From the NCBI GenBank assembly GCA_044225365.1, contig JBGAIQ010000033.1, positions 1 through 58,565 on the forward strand: DNA of 58,565 nucleotides. The letters run 5' to 3'. The notes below the pieces were generated by a model, which was not told the DNA's origin, did no database searches, and saw only the letters and a list, made by a program, of their open reading frames with translations. Both the position numbers and the translations under genes were made by a program. The stretch's first letter is position 1, and each line of letters opens with the position of its first letter. The DNA comes from Planctomycetota bacterium (GTDB lineage Bacteria; Planctomycetota; B15-G4; JADJEK01). Positions 1-10,182 of this stretch are shown piece after piece.

Positions 1-55
1 TGTGCAATCAATGGACATGGGTAACACATGTCCGGAGACATGGGTGACACTTTTC
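1..55 (+). repeat. IS481 left end with two internal transposase-binding repeats
   Basis: TGTGC...GGACATGGGTAACAC...GAGACATGGGTGACACTTT. Confidence 0.85.
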
Positions 56-80
56 ACTGGCTCGGCAGGAGGACCTGCAG

Positions 81-1316
81 ATGCCATGGACGGAGTCACG
101 AATGGGCGACCGAACGAAGTTCATCGAATGCTGGAAGGCCAAACAGCATTCGATGACGCAGCTGTGTCGGATCTTTTCGATCAGTCGGAAGACGGCGTAC
201 AAGGTGATCGCGCGTTACGAGGAGGAGGGCCTCTCGGGCCTCGCGGATCGATCACGCGCTCCACACTCGTCGCCGATGAAGACCAGCAAGGAGATTGAGC
301 GCAAAGTACTCGCAACTGCAAAGCGTTGGCCCAAGTGGGGGCCTCGCAAACTACGCGCGATTCTGGAGACCCAGCAACCCGGCTTCGAGTGGCCCTCGAA
401 GACCACGATCGGCTCCATTCTGCGCCGTCACGGGATTCTCGCGAAGCCGAAGCCACGACGGCGATCGATCACTCCTCCTGCGTGGAATCGGATCCTGACG
501 GCAGCGGAGATTCCCAACGATGTTTGGACGGCGGACTTCAAGGGATGGGCTGTGAGCGGGGACGGCAAACGCTGCGAGCCGCTCGCCATCAACGACCTCG
601 CGAGCCGCTACAACCTCCTGTGCAAGTTGGTGGAGAGCACGTCCTTCGAATGCGTTTGGCCCTACTTCGAGACGAGCTTTCGAGAGTATGGGCTACCGCG
701 TGTCTTTCGCAGCGACAACGGGCACCCGTTCGCGTCCGACGGAATCGCGAGATTGTCCGAGCTCAATAAGCGCCTCCTGAAGTTGCGCGTTCGCCCCGAA
801 CAGATTGAACCGGGTCGACCGACACAGAACGGCGCGCACGAGCGATTCAATCGCACGCTCGAGACGGAAGCGATGTGCCCGCGTCCCAAGACTCGAGAAC
901 TCCAGGAAGCCGCGATTCGCCGATTCCGAAACGAATACAACAACGTTCGTCCGCACGAGGGCTTGCAGGACCGCACACCCGCGCAGGTGTATCAACGCTC
1001 CGAGCGCGAGTACCCAAAGGTCATCCCGGAGTTCTCCTACCCGGACAACTCGCTGCGTCGACGAGTGAATTGCAACGGCTACGTCGAGCTGAACGGCCCA
1101 AAGTTCTACTTAGGAGAAACACTGGCGCAGGAAACGGTCGCCTTCGAAGAGCTGGGTGACTACCTGTGGTCGATCCGATTCGGTCCTGTTGAACTCGCCC
1201 TTCATCATGAGCTCACCAGCATCACCCGCTTCTACGAAGAGATGATCTGGGTCGATGACGACAACGAGCACTTGAGCGTTGTGCGGCCACGCCGCGGAAG
1301 TTCGTTGGACACGTGA
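81..1316 (+). CDS. IS481-family transposase (HTH + rve integrase core)
   Basis: MPW start, HTH (ISRKTAYK), DDE motifs WTADFKG / RSDNG / NGAHERFN, YNNVRPHEGL. Confidence 0.95.
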   Translation: MPWTESRMGDRTKFIECWKAKQHSMTQLCRIFSISRKTAYKVIARYEEEGLSGLADRSRAPHSSPMKTSKEIERKVLATAKRWPKWGPRKLRAILETQQPGFEWPSKTTIGSILRRHGILAKPKPRRRSITPPAWNRILTAAEIPNDVWTADFKGWAVSGDGKRCEPLAINDLASRYNLLCKLVESTSFECVWPYFETSFREYGLPRVFRSDNGHPFASDGIARLSELNKRLLKLRVRPEQIEPGRPTQNGAHERFNRTLETEAMCPRPKTRELQEAAIRRFRNEYNNVRPHEGLQDRTPAQVYQRSEREYPKVIPEFSYPDNSLRRRVNCNGYVELNGPKFYLGETLAQETVAFEELGDYLWSIRFGPVELALHHELTSITRFYEEMIWVDDDNEHLSVVRPRRGSSLDT

Positions 1317-1706
1317 GCGAGCTGGCTCGTTCACAGAACTGCTGGGGACGTACCAGAGGTCTGTCACTCGTCGAGGCAGAACCAGATCGACCTGGACATC
1401 ATGCTGCGCGCTTCGTCCCTCAAGCATCGTCATACGATCATCGCAGATCGAATGACCACTCAACCATCGTTCGTGATCCACGTTGTCCAACCAGGTCCGC
1501 GCGGAAGTGATCTGGAGACTCGGAAGGCACGCCAAAGAACGCACCATCGAGAACACCGACACATCGTGCGAACGCGCGAAGGAAGTTTTCCACCGGCTCT
1601 ACAGGTCCACTCAACTCCCTCCCCTGGACCCCTCCCTCCCGGGGGGCTGCTGCCCCCCGGGACCGCCGCACCCACGACGTGCGCTTGAAGGCGCTCGTGG
1701 TGCGGC
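1295..1706 (+). other. Structured non-coding region inside the IS (candidate cis- or trans-acting RNA)
   Basis: Perfect 11-bp stem at 1637-1662, bulged stem at 1665-1706, long-range complementarity between about 1295-1315 and 1479-1500; no convincing ORF. Confidence 0.3.
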
Positions 1707-1792
1707 TCCCCCCGCCGGATCTCCGCCACGCCGTCAGTTCACGCACCCGATAGTGCTTTCGGTTTGGAGGAGATTTGAGCTGCTCCGCTATT

Positions 1793-1847
1793 GTGAAAGT
1801 GTCACCCATGTCCGCGGACAACTGTCACCTATGTCTCCGGACGCACA
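1793..1847 (-). repeat. IS481 right end (inverted repeat)
   Basis: Reverse complement reads TGTGCGTCCGGAGACATAGGTGACAG...GGACATGGGTGACACTTTCAC, mirroring the left end. Confidence 0.85.
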
Positions 1848-1871
1848 CCCCTAGGGCCCTTTGAGCATCGC

Positions 1872-2840
1872 ATGAATCACGCCCATCGACGGACGGCGCG
1901 CTCCGCCTTCTGGTGTTTTGCTGGGATCATCCTCGGATGCTCGAGCGTCCCGCCGCCGCGGTCGACGATCGAACGCGATGGCAACCGCATCTGGTTCGGC
2001 GACCGATTCGGTTCAGCCTGCCTCATGCTGCCGCGGAGTGTCCAATGGCTCGAATCGGCTCGGAAGATCGAGATCCACGAGTCCTCGCGGATCGCCGAAG
2101 CAATCGAGGACGATCCCCACGATGACGATCTGCGGTTCCTGTTGAAGGATCTCCTGCGATCCGTATCGCCTGAGATGCCGAGCCGCTGCGTCGCGATCAC
2201 GCTCCATGCGAACCGCACGATTCACTGGCCGTACTTTCGCTTCGAGGATCCGTGGTATCGATTCGGTGACGACGTGAGCGACGCCCTGGTGATCGCGACG
2301 CCCATCGACCGCGACGGCGGCGATGTCTTGGAGACTCGCATCGAGGACTATCTCGCGGCGGTGGCGGCGGAGTGTCCGACCTTGATCCTCCCTTGCGGGC
2401 CGGAGGATCCTCGGATCGTGATTCAGGGGATCGTCGAATCTCGACCTACTTGGCGCCCAGGGGCCGAATACGACGCCCAGACATCGACTCGGATCCTGCG
2501 ATTTCCAACGGCTCCGGACCCATCCGCCCCCGATACGCCCACCGAATCTTACGACGAGAACACGCTGCGTCGGCTGTTCGGAGTTCCCTCCACGAGCCGC
2601 GTGGAGAAGGACGAGACTCTCGCGGGGCCAGGGGTCTGGCACGTCCTGAGGCTCGTCTCGCCCTTCACGGCGTACGACATGATCGGCGCTTCGACCCTGC
2701 TGGAGGTGCGGACGCGAATCGTTCGGAGCCGCAACCGCGCTTGGCAGCTCGTCATCGCGGCCACGGGCGTCGTGAGTTCCAAGCGCACGTCGGAGACGAT
2801 CGATCGGATCGCCGAGTGCATCGCCGACGGGACGGATTGA
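1872..2840 (+). CDS. Hypothetical protein, probable lipoprotein
   Basis: 322-aa ORF with a basic N-terminus, hydrophobic stretch and lipobox-like IILGC. Confidence 0.6.
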   Translation: MNHAHRRTARSAFWCFAGIILGCSSVPPPRSTIERDGNRIWFGDRFGSACLMLPRSVQWLESARKIEIHESSRIAEAIEDDPHDDDLRFLLKDLLRSVSPEMPSRCVAITLHANRTIHWPYFRFEDPWYRFGDDVSDALVIATPIDRDGGDVLETRIEDYLAAVAAECPTLILPCGPEDPRIVIQGIVESRPTWRPGAEYDAQTSTRILRFPTAPDPSAPDTPTESYDENTLRRLFGVPSTSRVEKDETLAGPGVWHVLRLVSPFTAYDMIGASTLLEVRTRIVRSRNRAWQLVIAATGVVSSKRTSETIDRIAECIADGTD

Positions 2841-2912
2841 GGGGCGCCGAGATCCGGGGACAGCTCGTCCGCCACTACCATGCGGTCGATGAGAGCGTAG
2901 ACTCTGCGTCCT

Positions 2913-4397
2913 ATGCGTATCTCCATGGTCGCGGCCGAGGCCACTCCGTTCGTCAAGGTCGGGGGGCTCGCGGATGTCGTCGGCTCGCTCGCGCGGTTGT
3001 TCGTCGAGCTGGGTCATGACGTCGAGCTCATCCTTCCGGGTTTCTCGCAGATCTCTCGCGAGAAGTACGGCTTCGCCGATGCCGAGCTGAAGGAGTTCCG
3101 CTACGCCGGTCGCGACGCGAAGGTGCGCATCCAGCGCGCGCCCAAGGAGGCGACCTCCGGAGTGAGCGTGGCTCTCGTCCACGAGGGCGCGGCGTTCGAG
3201 CGGTCGGGCGTGTACGACGACGCCACCACGAAGGAGGGGTTCTCCGACAACCCCGAGCGCTTCGCGTTCTTCGCGCGCGTGGCCGCCGAGATGATCGCGG
3301 ACGGCAAGCCGGACGTCGTTCACTGCCACGACGCGCACGCGGCGCTCGTCCCCGGCCTGCTGAAGTGGGTGCTCGCCTGGCGGATCCACAAGCGCATCCC
3401 GTGCGTGCTCACGATCCACAACCTCGCGTACTCGATGCCGGCGAAGAAGGAAGTCCTCTTCGACGTCGGGTTCGAGAAGCACGACTTCTTCCCGCTGTCG
3501 CCGCTCGAGTACTACGGGCACGCCAATTTCCTGAAGACCGGCATCGCGTTCTCCGACGCGATCACGACGGTCTCGCGACGCTACGTCGAGGAGATCCAGA
3601 CTCCCGAATTCGGCGCCGGCCTCGATGGCGTCCTGCGCTGGCGCAAGAACGACCTCCTCGGCATCCTCAACGGCATCGACGTCAAGGAATGGGATCCATC
3701 GCACGATCCGCTCATTCCCGCGCGCTACGACGCGACGAATCTCGCGGGAAAGGCGAAGTGCCGCAAGGAGCTGATCGAGGCCGCGGGCTTCCACGCGTCC
3801 AATGGGCAGCACGGCGGGCAGCGCGGCGGCGCATCGGGCGACGCCCCGATCATCGGCATGGTGGGGCGGCTCGTCGATCAGAAGGGCCTCGACATCTTCG
3901 CGTCGGCGGTGCCGCAGATCCTCGATTGGAACGTGCGATTCGCGATCCTCGGGACAGGTCAGGAGAAGTACCACCAACTGCTGAACGAGCTCGCACGCGC
4001 GCGACCGGACAAGTTCGCGGTCTACATCGGCTTCAACAACGAGCTCGCGCATCGGATCGAGGCCGGATCCGACCTGTTCCTCATGCCGTCGCGCTTCGAG
4101 CCGTGCGGGCTCAATCAGATGTACTCGCTGCGATACGGCACGATCCCCGTCGTGCGACGCGTGGGCGGACTCGCGGACACGGTGATCGACAACGAGGAGA
4201 CGCGCGGTCGCGGCACCGGATTCGTGTTCGATTCGCCGACGAAGGACGCGCTGCTCTCGAAGGTGTGGTCGGCCGTGAACACCTGGCACGACGTCTCGGA
4301 GCGCCATCGCATCATCCAGCGCGGGATGTCGCAGGACTTCTCCGCCGAGCGATCGGCGCGCCACTACATCGAACTCTTCTCGAGGCTCGTGTCCTGA
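2913..4397 (+). CDS. glgA: Glycogen synthase (GT5)
   Basis: EATPFVKVGGLADV, HCHDAH, TIHNLAY, PSRFEPCGLNQMYSLRYGT, VGGLADTV. Confidence 0.96.
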   Translation: MRISMVAAEATPFVKVGGLADVVGSLARLFVELGHDVELILPGFSQISREKYGFADAELKEFRYAGRDAKVRIQRAPKEATSGVSVALVHEGAAFERSGVYDDATTKEGFSDNPERFAFFARVAAEMIADGKPDVVHCHDAHAALVPGLLKWVLAWRIHKRIPCVLTIHNLAYSMPAKKEVLFDVGFEKHDFFPLSPLEYYGHANFLKTGIAFSDAITTVSRRYVEEIQTPEFGAGLDGVLRWRKNDLLGILNGIDVKEWDPSHDPLIPARYDATNLAGKAKCRKELIEAAGFHASNGQHGGQRGGASGDAPIIGMVGRLVDQKGLDIFASAVPQILDWNVRFAILGTGQEKYHQLLNELARARPDKFAVYIGFNNELAHRIEAGSDLFLMPSRFEPCGLNQMYSLRYGTIPVVRRVGGLADTVIDNEETRGRGTGFVFDSPTKDALLSKVWSAVNTWHDVSERHRIIQRGMSQDFSAERSARHYIELFSRLVS

Positions 4398-6673
4398 TGG
4401 ATCGCAACGACGAACACTCGTCGCACGCGCCGTCCCGCGGGCGGATTCGCGATCGCGTCCAGTTCTATCGCCAGTACTACGAGCCCGTGGCCGTGAACTC
4501 GCGGCACTCGCTCGCGGTGGTCGATGCCGGTTCGTGCCAGATCCTCTACGCCAATCAGCGATTCCTGGCGTCGCACGGCCTCGAACCCGGGCAGACCTTT
4601 CCATTCGACTGCTCTCGCGTATACGGCGAGAACGCCTGCGGCAGCGACGCGAAGTGTCCCGGCGCCGAGGCCTGCGCGAAGAACGTCGAGATCCGCCGGC
4701 GCGAGTCGCGCGCGGCGGGCGCGGGGCTTCCCGACCGCGTGACCGAGGTCATCGCCGTTCCGCTGTCGCGCAAGAGCGACTTCGGCCGCGAGGCGGAAGC
4801 GCTCATCATCGAGAAGGAGGACGACGCGGAGCGACTCGGGGAGCCGCAATCCGACGACGCCGAACGCGAACACCTCGCGTCGATCGCGCGGTACTCCGCC
4901 GACGCCATCATCGGGCTCACCCTCGATCAGCGGATCCGATCGTGGAACCAGGGCGCCGAGGAGACGTTCGGATATCGCGCGGAAGAAGTCGTCGACCGCG
5001 ACTTCGGCTTCCTCGTTCCCCCGGACATCGAGTCGAAGCGCGAATACAATGCGTTCCTGAAGGACTTCGAGAAGAAGGGGATCGTCAAGAACTATCACGC
5101 GCGCCGTGTCGGCAAGGAAGGCCGCGCCGTGGTCGTGAACTGCACGAGTTCGCTGCTTCGCGACCGGGCGGGCAATCCGCGTGGCATTTCGCTGATCTGC
5201 CGCGACGTCACGATGGAGGTCCTGCTTCGCGAGCTGATCGAACATCAGATGCGCGCGATGAGCGTGACGCACGAGATCGGCGATCTCTTGCACTCGACGC
5301 GTTCGGTCGACGAGATCCTCCAGCTCATCCTGATCGGTGTGACCGCGGGTCAGGGCCTCGGCTTCAATCGCGCGTTCCTCGTGCTGGTCGAGCCGGGAGA
5401 GTCCGATATCCGCCTGCGCGGGAAGATGGCCATCGGGCCGTCGAACGCGGAGGAGGCGAATCGGATCTGGACGGCGCTCGCCGACGAGCAACTCTCGTTG
5501 CCCGCGTTGTACCAGCGGTACAAGGACCAGTCCGCGGAGAGCGACGAGCAGGTGAAGCGCGTCGTATCGGGCTTCGACATCCCCCTCTCCGACGAGAGCC
5601 ACATCCTCGCGCGCGCGATCCGCGAGCGCCGGGCCTTCAACGTCGAGGCGGGCCGCATCGTCGGCGAAGGCGTCGCCGTTTCGGAGGACGTCGTCCTCAC
5701 GCTCGGTTGTGACAGCTTTGCGATCGTGCCGCTGAACACGCGCGAACGCGCGATCGGCCTGCTGCTCGTCGACAACAAGATCACGGGGATCCGGATCAGC
5801 GACGCCGATCTGCAGATGCTCAAAGTCTTCGCGAACCACGCCGGCATCGCGCTCGAGAATTCGCAGCTTCGCGCGCACCTCGAGCGGCGACTCAACGAGC
5901 TCGAACAGTTGAACGTCACCTTGAAGCAGCAGCAGACCCAGCTCCTCCAGGCCGAGCGCCTCGGCGTGATCGGGGAGATGGCGGCGCGCGTCGCGCACGA
6001 GGTGAGGAATCCGCTGGTCTCGATCGGCGGCTTCGCGCGGCTCGTGCGCCGCGGTCTGCCCGAGAACGATCCGCGCTCGGACTACTTGCGGATCATCTCC
6101 GACGAGGTGGCGCGCCTCGAACGAATCGTCGCCGAACTCCTCGACTTCTCGCGCCCGCACAGCCGCCTGCAGTTGAAGGAGGTCGAGCTGCCGTCCCTGC
6201 TCCACGAAATCGTGAAGATGGCGACGGTCGAAGCCGAGCTCCACGGCATCCGAGTGATCGAGAACTACGACTCGCAGATCCAGAAGGTCACGATCGATCC
6301 GGACAAGACGCGCCAGGTCCTCATCAACATCATTCGCAACGCGCTCGACGTCATGGACGAAAAAGGCGAGCTCGCGATCGAAACCAAAGCGCAGGATGCG
6401 CATCGATTCGTCGTTTCCGTGCGCGATACCGGGCCCGGTATTCCCGAGGAGCGCAAGCAGAAAGTCTTCGAACCCGGCTTCACGACCCGCGCGAACGGCA
6501 CCGGATTCGGTCTCGCGATCGTGAAGCGTCTGGTCGAGTTGCAAGGCGGACAGGTATCCTTGACGGACACCGTGCCGCACGGCTGTACCTTTCACGTGGT
6601 ACTGCCGCAGCGAGTCGACCTCGAGGAGAAGGTGCATGGAGCCGAAGCGCACGCGCATCCTGATCGCCGATGA
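4397..6673 (+). CDS. PAS/GAF sensor histidine kinase
   Basis: Start placed at ATG 4397, overlapping the glgA stop (TGATG). PAS (SADAIIG..SWNQGAEETFGY), GAF (GLGFNRAFL), H-box AHEVRNPL, N-box, DTGPGI, GTGFGL. Confidence 0.92.
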   Translation: MDRNDEHSSHAPSRGRIRDRVQFYRQYYEPVAVNSRHSLAVVDAGSCQILYANQRFLASHGLEPGQTFPFDCSRVYGENACGSDAKCPGAEACAKNVEIRRRESRAAGAGLPDRVTEVIAVPLSRKSDFGREAEALIIEKEDDAERLGEPQSDDAEREHLASIARYSADAIIGLTLDQRIRSWNQGAEETFGYRAEEVVDRDFGFLVPPDIESKREYNAFLKDFEKKGIVKNYHARRVGKEGRAVVVNCTSSLLRDRAGNPRGISLICRDVTMEVLLRELIEHQMRAMSVTHEIGDLLHSTRSVDEILQLILIGVTAGQGLGFNRAFLVLVEPGESDIRLRGKMAIGPSNAEEANRIWTALADEQLSLPALYQRYKDQSAESDEQVKRVVSGFDIPLSDESHILARAIRERRAFNVEAGRIVGEGVAVSEDVVLTLGCDSFAIVPLNTRERAIGLLLVDNKITGIRISDADLQMLKVFANHAGIALENSQLRAHLERRLNELEQLNVTLKQQQTQLLQAERLGVIGEMAARVAHEVRNPLVSIGGFARLVRRGLPENDPRSDYLRIISDEVARLERIVAELLDFSRPHSRLQLKEVELPSLLHEIVKMATVEAELHGIRVIENYDSQIQKVTIDPDKTRQVLINIIRNALDVMDEKGELAIETKAQDAHRFVVSVRDTGPGIPEERKQKVFEPGFTTRANGTGFGLAIVKRLVELQGGQVSLTDTVPHGCTFHVVLPQRVDLEEKVHGAEAHAHPDRR

Positions 6674-7040
6674 CGAGCCCAACATCCGCTTGCTCTACAA
6701 GAGCGAACTCGAAGCCGACGGCTACGACGTCATCGTCGCCGTCGACGGCAAGGATGCGATCGAGAAGATCGAGTCGGGAAATCCCGATCTCGTGGTCCTC
6801 GACGTCCGCATGCCGGGCATCGACGGAGTCGAGGCGCTCGGTCGCATCATCGACAAGTACCGGACCCTGCCGGTGATCCTGAACACGGCGTACTCGTCGT
6901 ATCAGGACAACTTCATGACGTGGTCCGCGGACGGCTACGTCGTGAAGAGCGGTGACGTGAGCGTCCTCAAGAACAAGATCGCCGAGGTGCTGAAGAAGCG
7001 CGGGATCGGCGGCGCAACGGGCAAGAGCGAGGAGCGATGA
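6636..7040 (+). CDS. Single-domain response regulator
   Basis: IADDE, phosphoacceptor in VLDVRMP, conserved T and K (YVVKS); no output domain. Confidence 0.93.
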   Translation: MEPKRTRILIADDEPNIRLLYKSELEADGYDVIVAVDGKDAIEKIESGNPDLVVLDVRMPGIDGVEALGRIIDKYRTLPVILNTAYSSYQDNFMTWSADGYVVKSGDVSVLKNKIAEVLKKRGIGGATGKSEER

Positions 7041-8284
7041 GTTCGCAGCTGCGCACGGGAATCACCGACGAGATCCTCGTCTTCCTGCTCGCGGGCGGGC
7101 AGGGCGAACGCCTCTATCCGCTGACCCGCGATCGGGCGAAGCCCGCGGTGCCGTTCGGCGGGCTCTACCGCATCATCGATTTCACGTTGACGAACTGCAT
7201 CCATTCCGGGCTGCGTCGCGTCTTCGTGTTCACGCAGTATCGTTCGCTCTCGCTCGAGCGCCACGTGAAGCGGAACTACTCGTTCCTTCCGCGTGAGCTC
7301 GACGAGTTCATCGACTCGGTGCCGCCGCAATTCCGTACGTCGTCGCATTGGTATCAGGGCACCGCGGACGCGGTGTACCAGAACGTCTACCTGCTCGAGC
7401 GCAATCGGCCGAAGCGCGTACTGATCCTCTCCGGCGACCACGTGTACCGTCTCGACTATCGCGACATGCTGCGCCAGCACATCGAGCGCGAAGCGTCGAT
7501 GACGATCGGCGTCATCGAGGTGCCCATCGATGAAGCCACGCGAATGGGCGTGCTCGAAGTCGATCAGGACTTCCGCGTGATCGGATTCGAAGAGAAGCCG
7601 AAGAACCCGAAGCCGATCCCGGGGCGACCCGGCATCGCGCTCGCCTCGATGGGCATCTACCTGTTCGAGACGCAGCAACTCGTGCGCGAGGTCTCCGCCG
7701 ATGCGAAGACCGAGAGCTCGCACGATTTCGGCAAGGACGTCGTGCCTCGCATGGTGAACAGCGGACAGCGCGTGTACGCGTTCCCGTTCCGCGACGACAG
7801 CGGAGCGCGCCCGGGGTATTGGCGAGATGTCGGCACGATCGACGCCTACTACGACGCGCATAAGGACATCCTCGGCGAGCAGCCGGCATTCAACCTGTCC
7901 GATCCGGAGTGGTCGTTCTTCTCGGCGCAGATGCGCCTCCCCGCTGCCGAGATCCTGTCGTCGAAGGGCAAGCGACCCGAGATCGTCGACTCGATCGTCA
8001 GCAACGGCTGCATCGTCTCGGGTGCGATCGTTCGCAATTCGGTCCTCGGCCCCGAGACCCACATCAAGGCGGGGGCCATCGTCGAGGATTCGATCCTGCT
8101 CGGCCGGGTGACGGTCGGGGAGGGTGCGCACCTGCGGAAAGTGATCCTCGATCGCGAGAACTTCATCCCGGACGGGATGACGATCGGTCTCGAGACCGAC
8201 CGCGATGCTCGCGACTTCGTGCGCTCTCAAGGCGGCGTCACGGCGATCGCGCGGCACACGCCGATGATTCGCAGCGTCCCGTAG
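7037..8284 (+). CDS. glgC: Glucose-1-phosphate adenylyltransferase
   Basis: LAGGQGERLYPLTRDRAKPAVPFGG, WYQGTADAV, ILSGDH, YWRDVGT, C-terminal beta-helix; ATGA overlap with the regulator. Confidence 0.96.
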   Translation: MSSQLRTGITDEILVFLLAGGQGERLYPLTRDRAKPAVPFGGLYRIIDFTLTNCIHSGLRRVFVFTQYRSLSLERHVKRNYSFLPRELDEFIDSVPPQFRTSSHWYQGTADAVYQNVYLLERNRPKRVLILSGDHVYRLDYRDMLRQHIEREASMTIGVIEVPIDEATRMGVLEVDQDFRVIGFEEKPKNPKPIPGRPGIALASMGIYLFETQQLVREVSADAKTESSHDFGKDVVPRMVNSGQRVYAFPFRDDSGARPGYWRDVGTIDAYYDAHKDILGEQPAFNLSDPEWSFFSAQMRLPAAEILSSKGKRPEIVDSIVSNGCIVSGAIVRNSVLGPETHIKAGAIVEDSILLGRVTVGEGAHLRKVILDRENFIPDGMTIGLETDRDARDFVRSQGGVTAIARHTPMIRSVP

Positions 8285-8524
8285 CAACGACTCGGTACGG
8301 ATGCGACGGAACTCCGCGCCTCGCCGCTCGTCGCAGGCCGGGCCCTATCGTGAATGGTCGATCGCATCGCCGTGACGACCTGCTTTGCGACGGAATCTCA
8401 CGTTTCACTCGTGAAAATCGAATCGTGTATTCCGATTCGGATCGCTGAGAAGTCCTCCGCGCCCATCAAGTGAACTTCGCGCGGTCGCCGATGCACCCCG
8501 GTCTCAAAGCAATAGGGGTCCATC

Positions 8525-10117
8525 GTGGCAAGATTCACCGTCGGTTCGAAGTTGAGAGCCATCACCACCATCGCCCTCGCGCTCCTCGGCGCAACGGCGA
8601 TGACAGGCATGATCGGTTCGAGCAGTTCGAAGAAGAGTCTCGAGTACCTCGTGAAGACGCAGGACGCGCTCTTGAAGAGCACGTTCGTGGACATGGATCA
8701 CGACGGGATTCGAGGCGACGTGTACTTCGCGCTCAATGCCGAGGACCCGAAGGAGATCACGGAGGTCACGAGCGGCCTCGCCGAGCGCATTCAGAACATG
8801 AAGACGCTCTACGGCGAGATCGACGGCATCTGCTCCATTTCCGCGATGCCCGCGACGTGCGAGCTGCGCACGGCCTACGAGAAGGCTGCGCCGCTCCTCG
8901 ACAACTATCTCGCAGCCGCGGATCGAATGCGCCAAGCACTCTTGAAGGGCCGCGAAGAAGGTCGAAAGCAACTCTCCGATTTCGAAGCCAACTTCAACGC
9001 TTTCGTCGATCCGATGGAGGCCGTTTCCGACGCGATCAATCACGAAGCGGGGGAGGCCTCCACCGCGGCGCAAGCCACGGCGAGTTCCACCAACCGATGG
9101 ATCTGGGCCATTCTCGGGCTCGCCGTCGTCGTGCTCATCGCAGCGTCCCACCGGATCGGCAGCGGGATCCTCACGCGCCTCGCGAGCGTCCGCGCCGGCC
9201 TCGACAAGATGGCGCAGAAGCAGTTCAACCAGCTGATCGAAGTTGGAGGAGACGACGAGATCGCGGACATGGGCCGCGCTGCGAATACGACGATCAGCGC
9301 GGTGGGTCGCGCGGTCACGGAGATCGCCGCGGGTGCCCGTTCGCTCTCGACGGCGAGCACGTCGCTGCAGGCCGTTGCTTCGCGGATGGAGCAGGCTGCG
9401 TCGCGCACCCACGAGCAGGCGAAGTCGGTCGCGACGACCTCGAACGCCGTCCGTGCCAATTGTGAGAGCACCGCCGCAGGCGGCGGTCAGATGCGGCAAT
9501 CGATCGAGGAGATCGCGCATCGCTGTGTCGACGCCGCGAACGCCGCGCAGGAAGCGGTGCGCTCGGCGTCCGCCGCGCGTCAGTCGATGGAAGCGCTCGT
9601 CGGCAAGAGCAACGAGATCGGCGAGGTCGTGCGATTCATCTCGACGATCGCCGAGCAGACGAATCTCCTCGCGCTCAACGCGACGATCGAATCCGCCCGC
9701 GCCGGCGAGTCCGGGCGCGGCTTCGCCGTCGTCGCCAACGAAGTGAAGAGCCTCGCCCTCGAGACCGCGCGTTCCACGAACGTGGTCCGTGAAAAGGTCG
9801 CTGCGATCCAGGAAGAGACCGGAAAGGTCGGCGACCTGATCGGGCAGATCGACTCGGTCATCCAGCGGATCGACGGCATCCAGAGCACGATTGCCGGTGC
9901 CGTCCAGGAGCAAACCGCGACCACGTCGGAGATGGCGGAGAGCATGGCCGCCGTGAGCTCGGGCGCGCAGGGGATCAAGGAGAGCATCGACGACGTAACG
10001 ACCAACGCGCAGGCCGCCAATGCCGCGTCCGGTGAAGTCGCGAAGGCCTCAGGTGATCTCTCCCGCATTGCCGAGGAGATGAACCGCCTGGTTTCGGAAT
10101 TCGAGGTCGCACGCTGA
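8525..10117 (+). CDS. Methyl-accepting chemotaxis protein
   Basis: Two TM segments, HAMP (DEIADMG), signalling hairpin [34 protein letters not shown]. Confidence 0.93.
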   Translation: MARFTVGSKLRAITTIALALLGATAMTGMIGSSSSKKSLEYLVKTQDALLKSTFVDMDHDGIRGDVYFALNAEDPKEITEVTSGLAERIQNMKTLYGEIDGICSISAMPATCELRTAYEKAAPLLDNYLAAADRMRQALLKGREEGRKQLSDFEANFNAFVDPMEAVSDAINHEAGEASTAAQATASSTNRWIWAILGLAVVVLIAASHRIGSGILTRLASVRAGLDKMAQKQFNQLIEVGGDDEIADMGRAANTTISAVGRAVTEIAAGARSLSTASTSLQAVASRMEQAASRTHEQAKSVATTSNAVRANCESTAAGGGQMRQSIEEIAHRCVDAANAAQEAVRSASAARQSMEALVGKSNEIGEVVRFISTIAEQTNLLALNATIESARAGESGRGFAVVANEVKSLALETARSTNVVREKVAAIQEETGKVGDLIGQIDSVIQRIDGIQSTIAGAVQEQTATTSEMAESMAAVSSGAQGIKESIDDVTTNAQAANAASGEVAKASGDLSRIAEEMNRLVSEFEVAR

Positions 10118-10182
10118 ATCACAGCGTGTGCGAAGACGACTTCGCGCCCCGGAGAAAGGGACGAAGCCAAGAAGGAGAATCG

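Larger units (their letters stand above)
1..1847 (+). mobile_element. IS481-family insertion sequence, apparently complete
   Basis: Starts TGTGC at 1 and ends GCACA at 1847 (TGT...ACA termini typical of IS481). Each end has two GACATRGGTRACA motifs 23 bp apart (14-27 and 37-50; inverted at 1799-1812 and 1822-1835). Encodes a DDE transposase. Target duplication cannot be checked because the left flank is outside the window. Confidence 0.9.

Noticed and set aside
1313-1854. Passenger ORFs in the IS (1313-1510, 1401-1688, 1483-1854)
   Set aside because: No recognisable motifs or RBS; they run through hairpins or the terminal repeat
3365-4396. N-terminal extensions in the ORF track for the kinase, 18665, 31297, 42799, aceA (to 54750) and the regulator (from 54762)
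   Set aside because: They overlap other genes or promoter regions; downstream starts with an RBS, signal peptide or family-typical N-terminus fit better
8466-8494. Sigma-28 promoter (TCAAG...GCCGATG) upstream of the MCP
   Set aside because: Context is attractive but the spacing is about 2 nt longer than consensus and GCCGAT is frequent in this sequence
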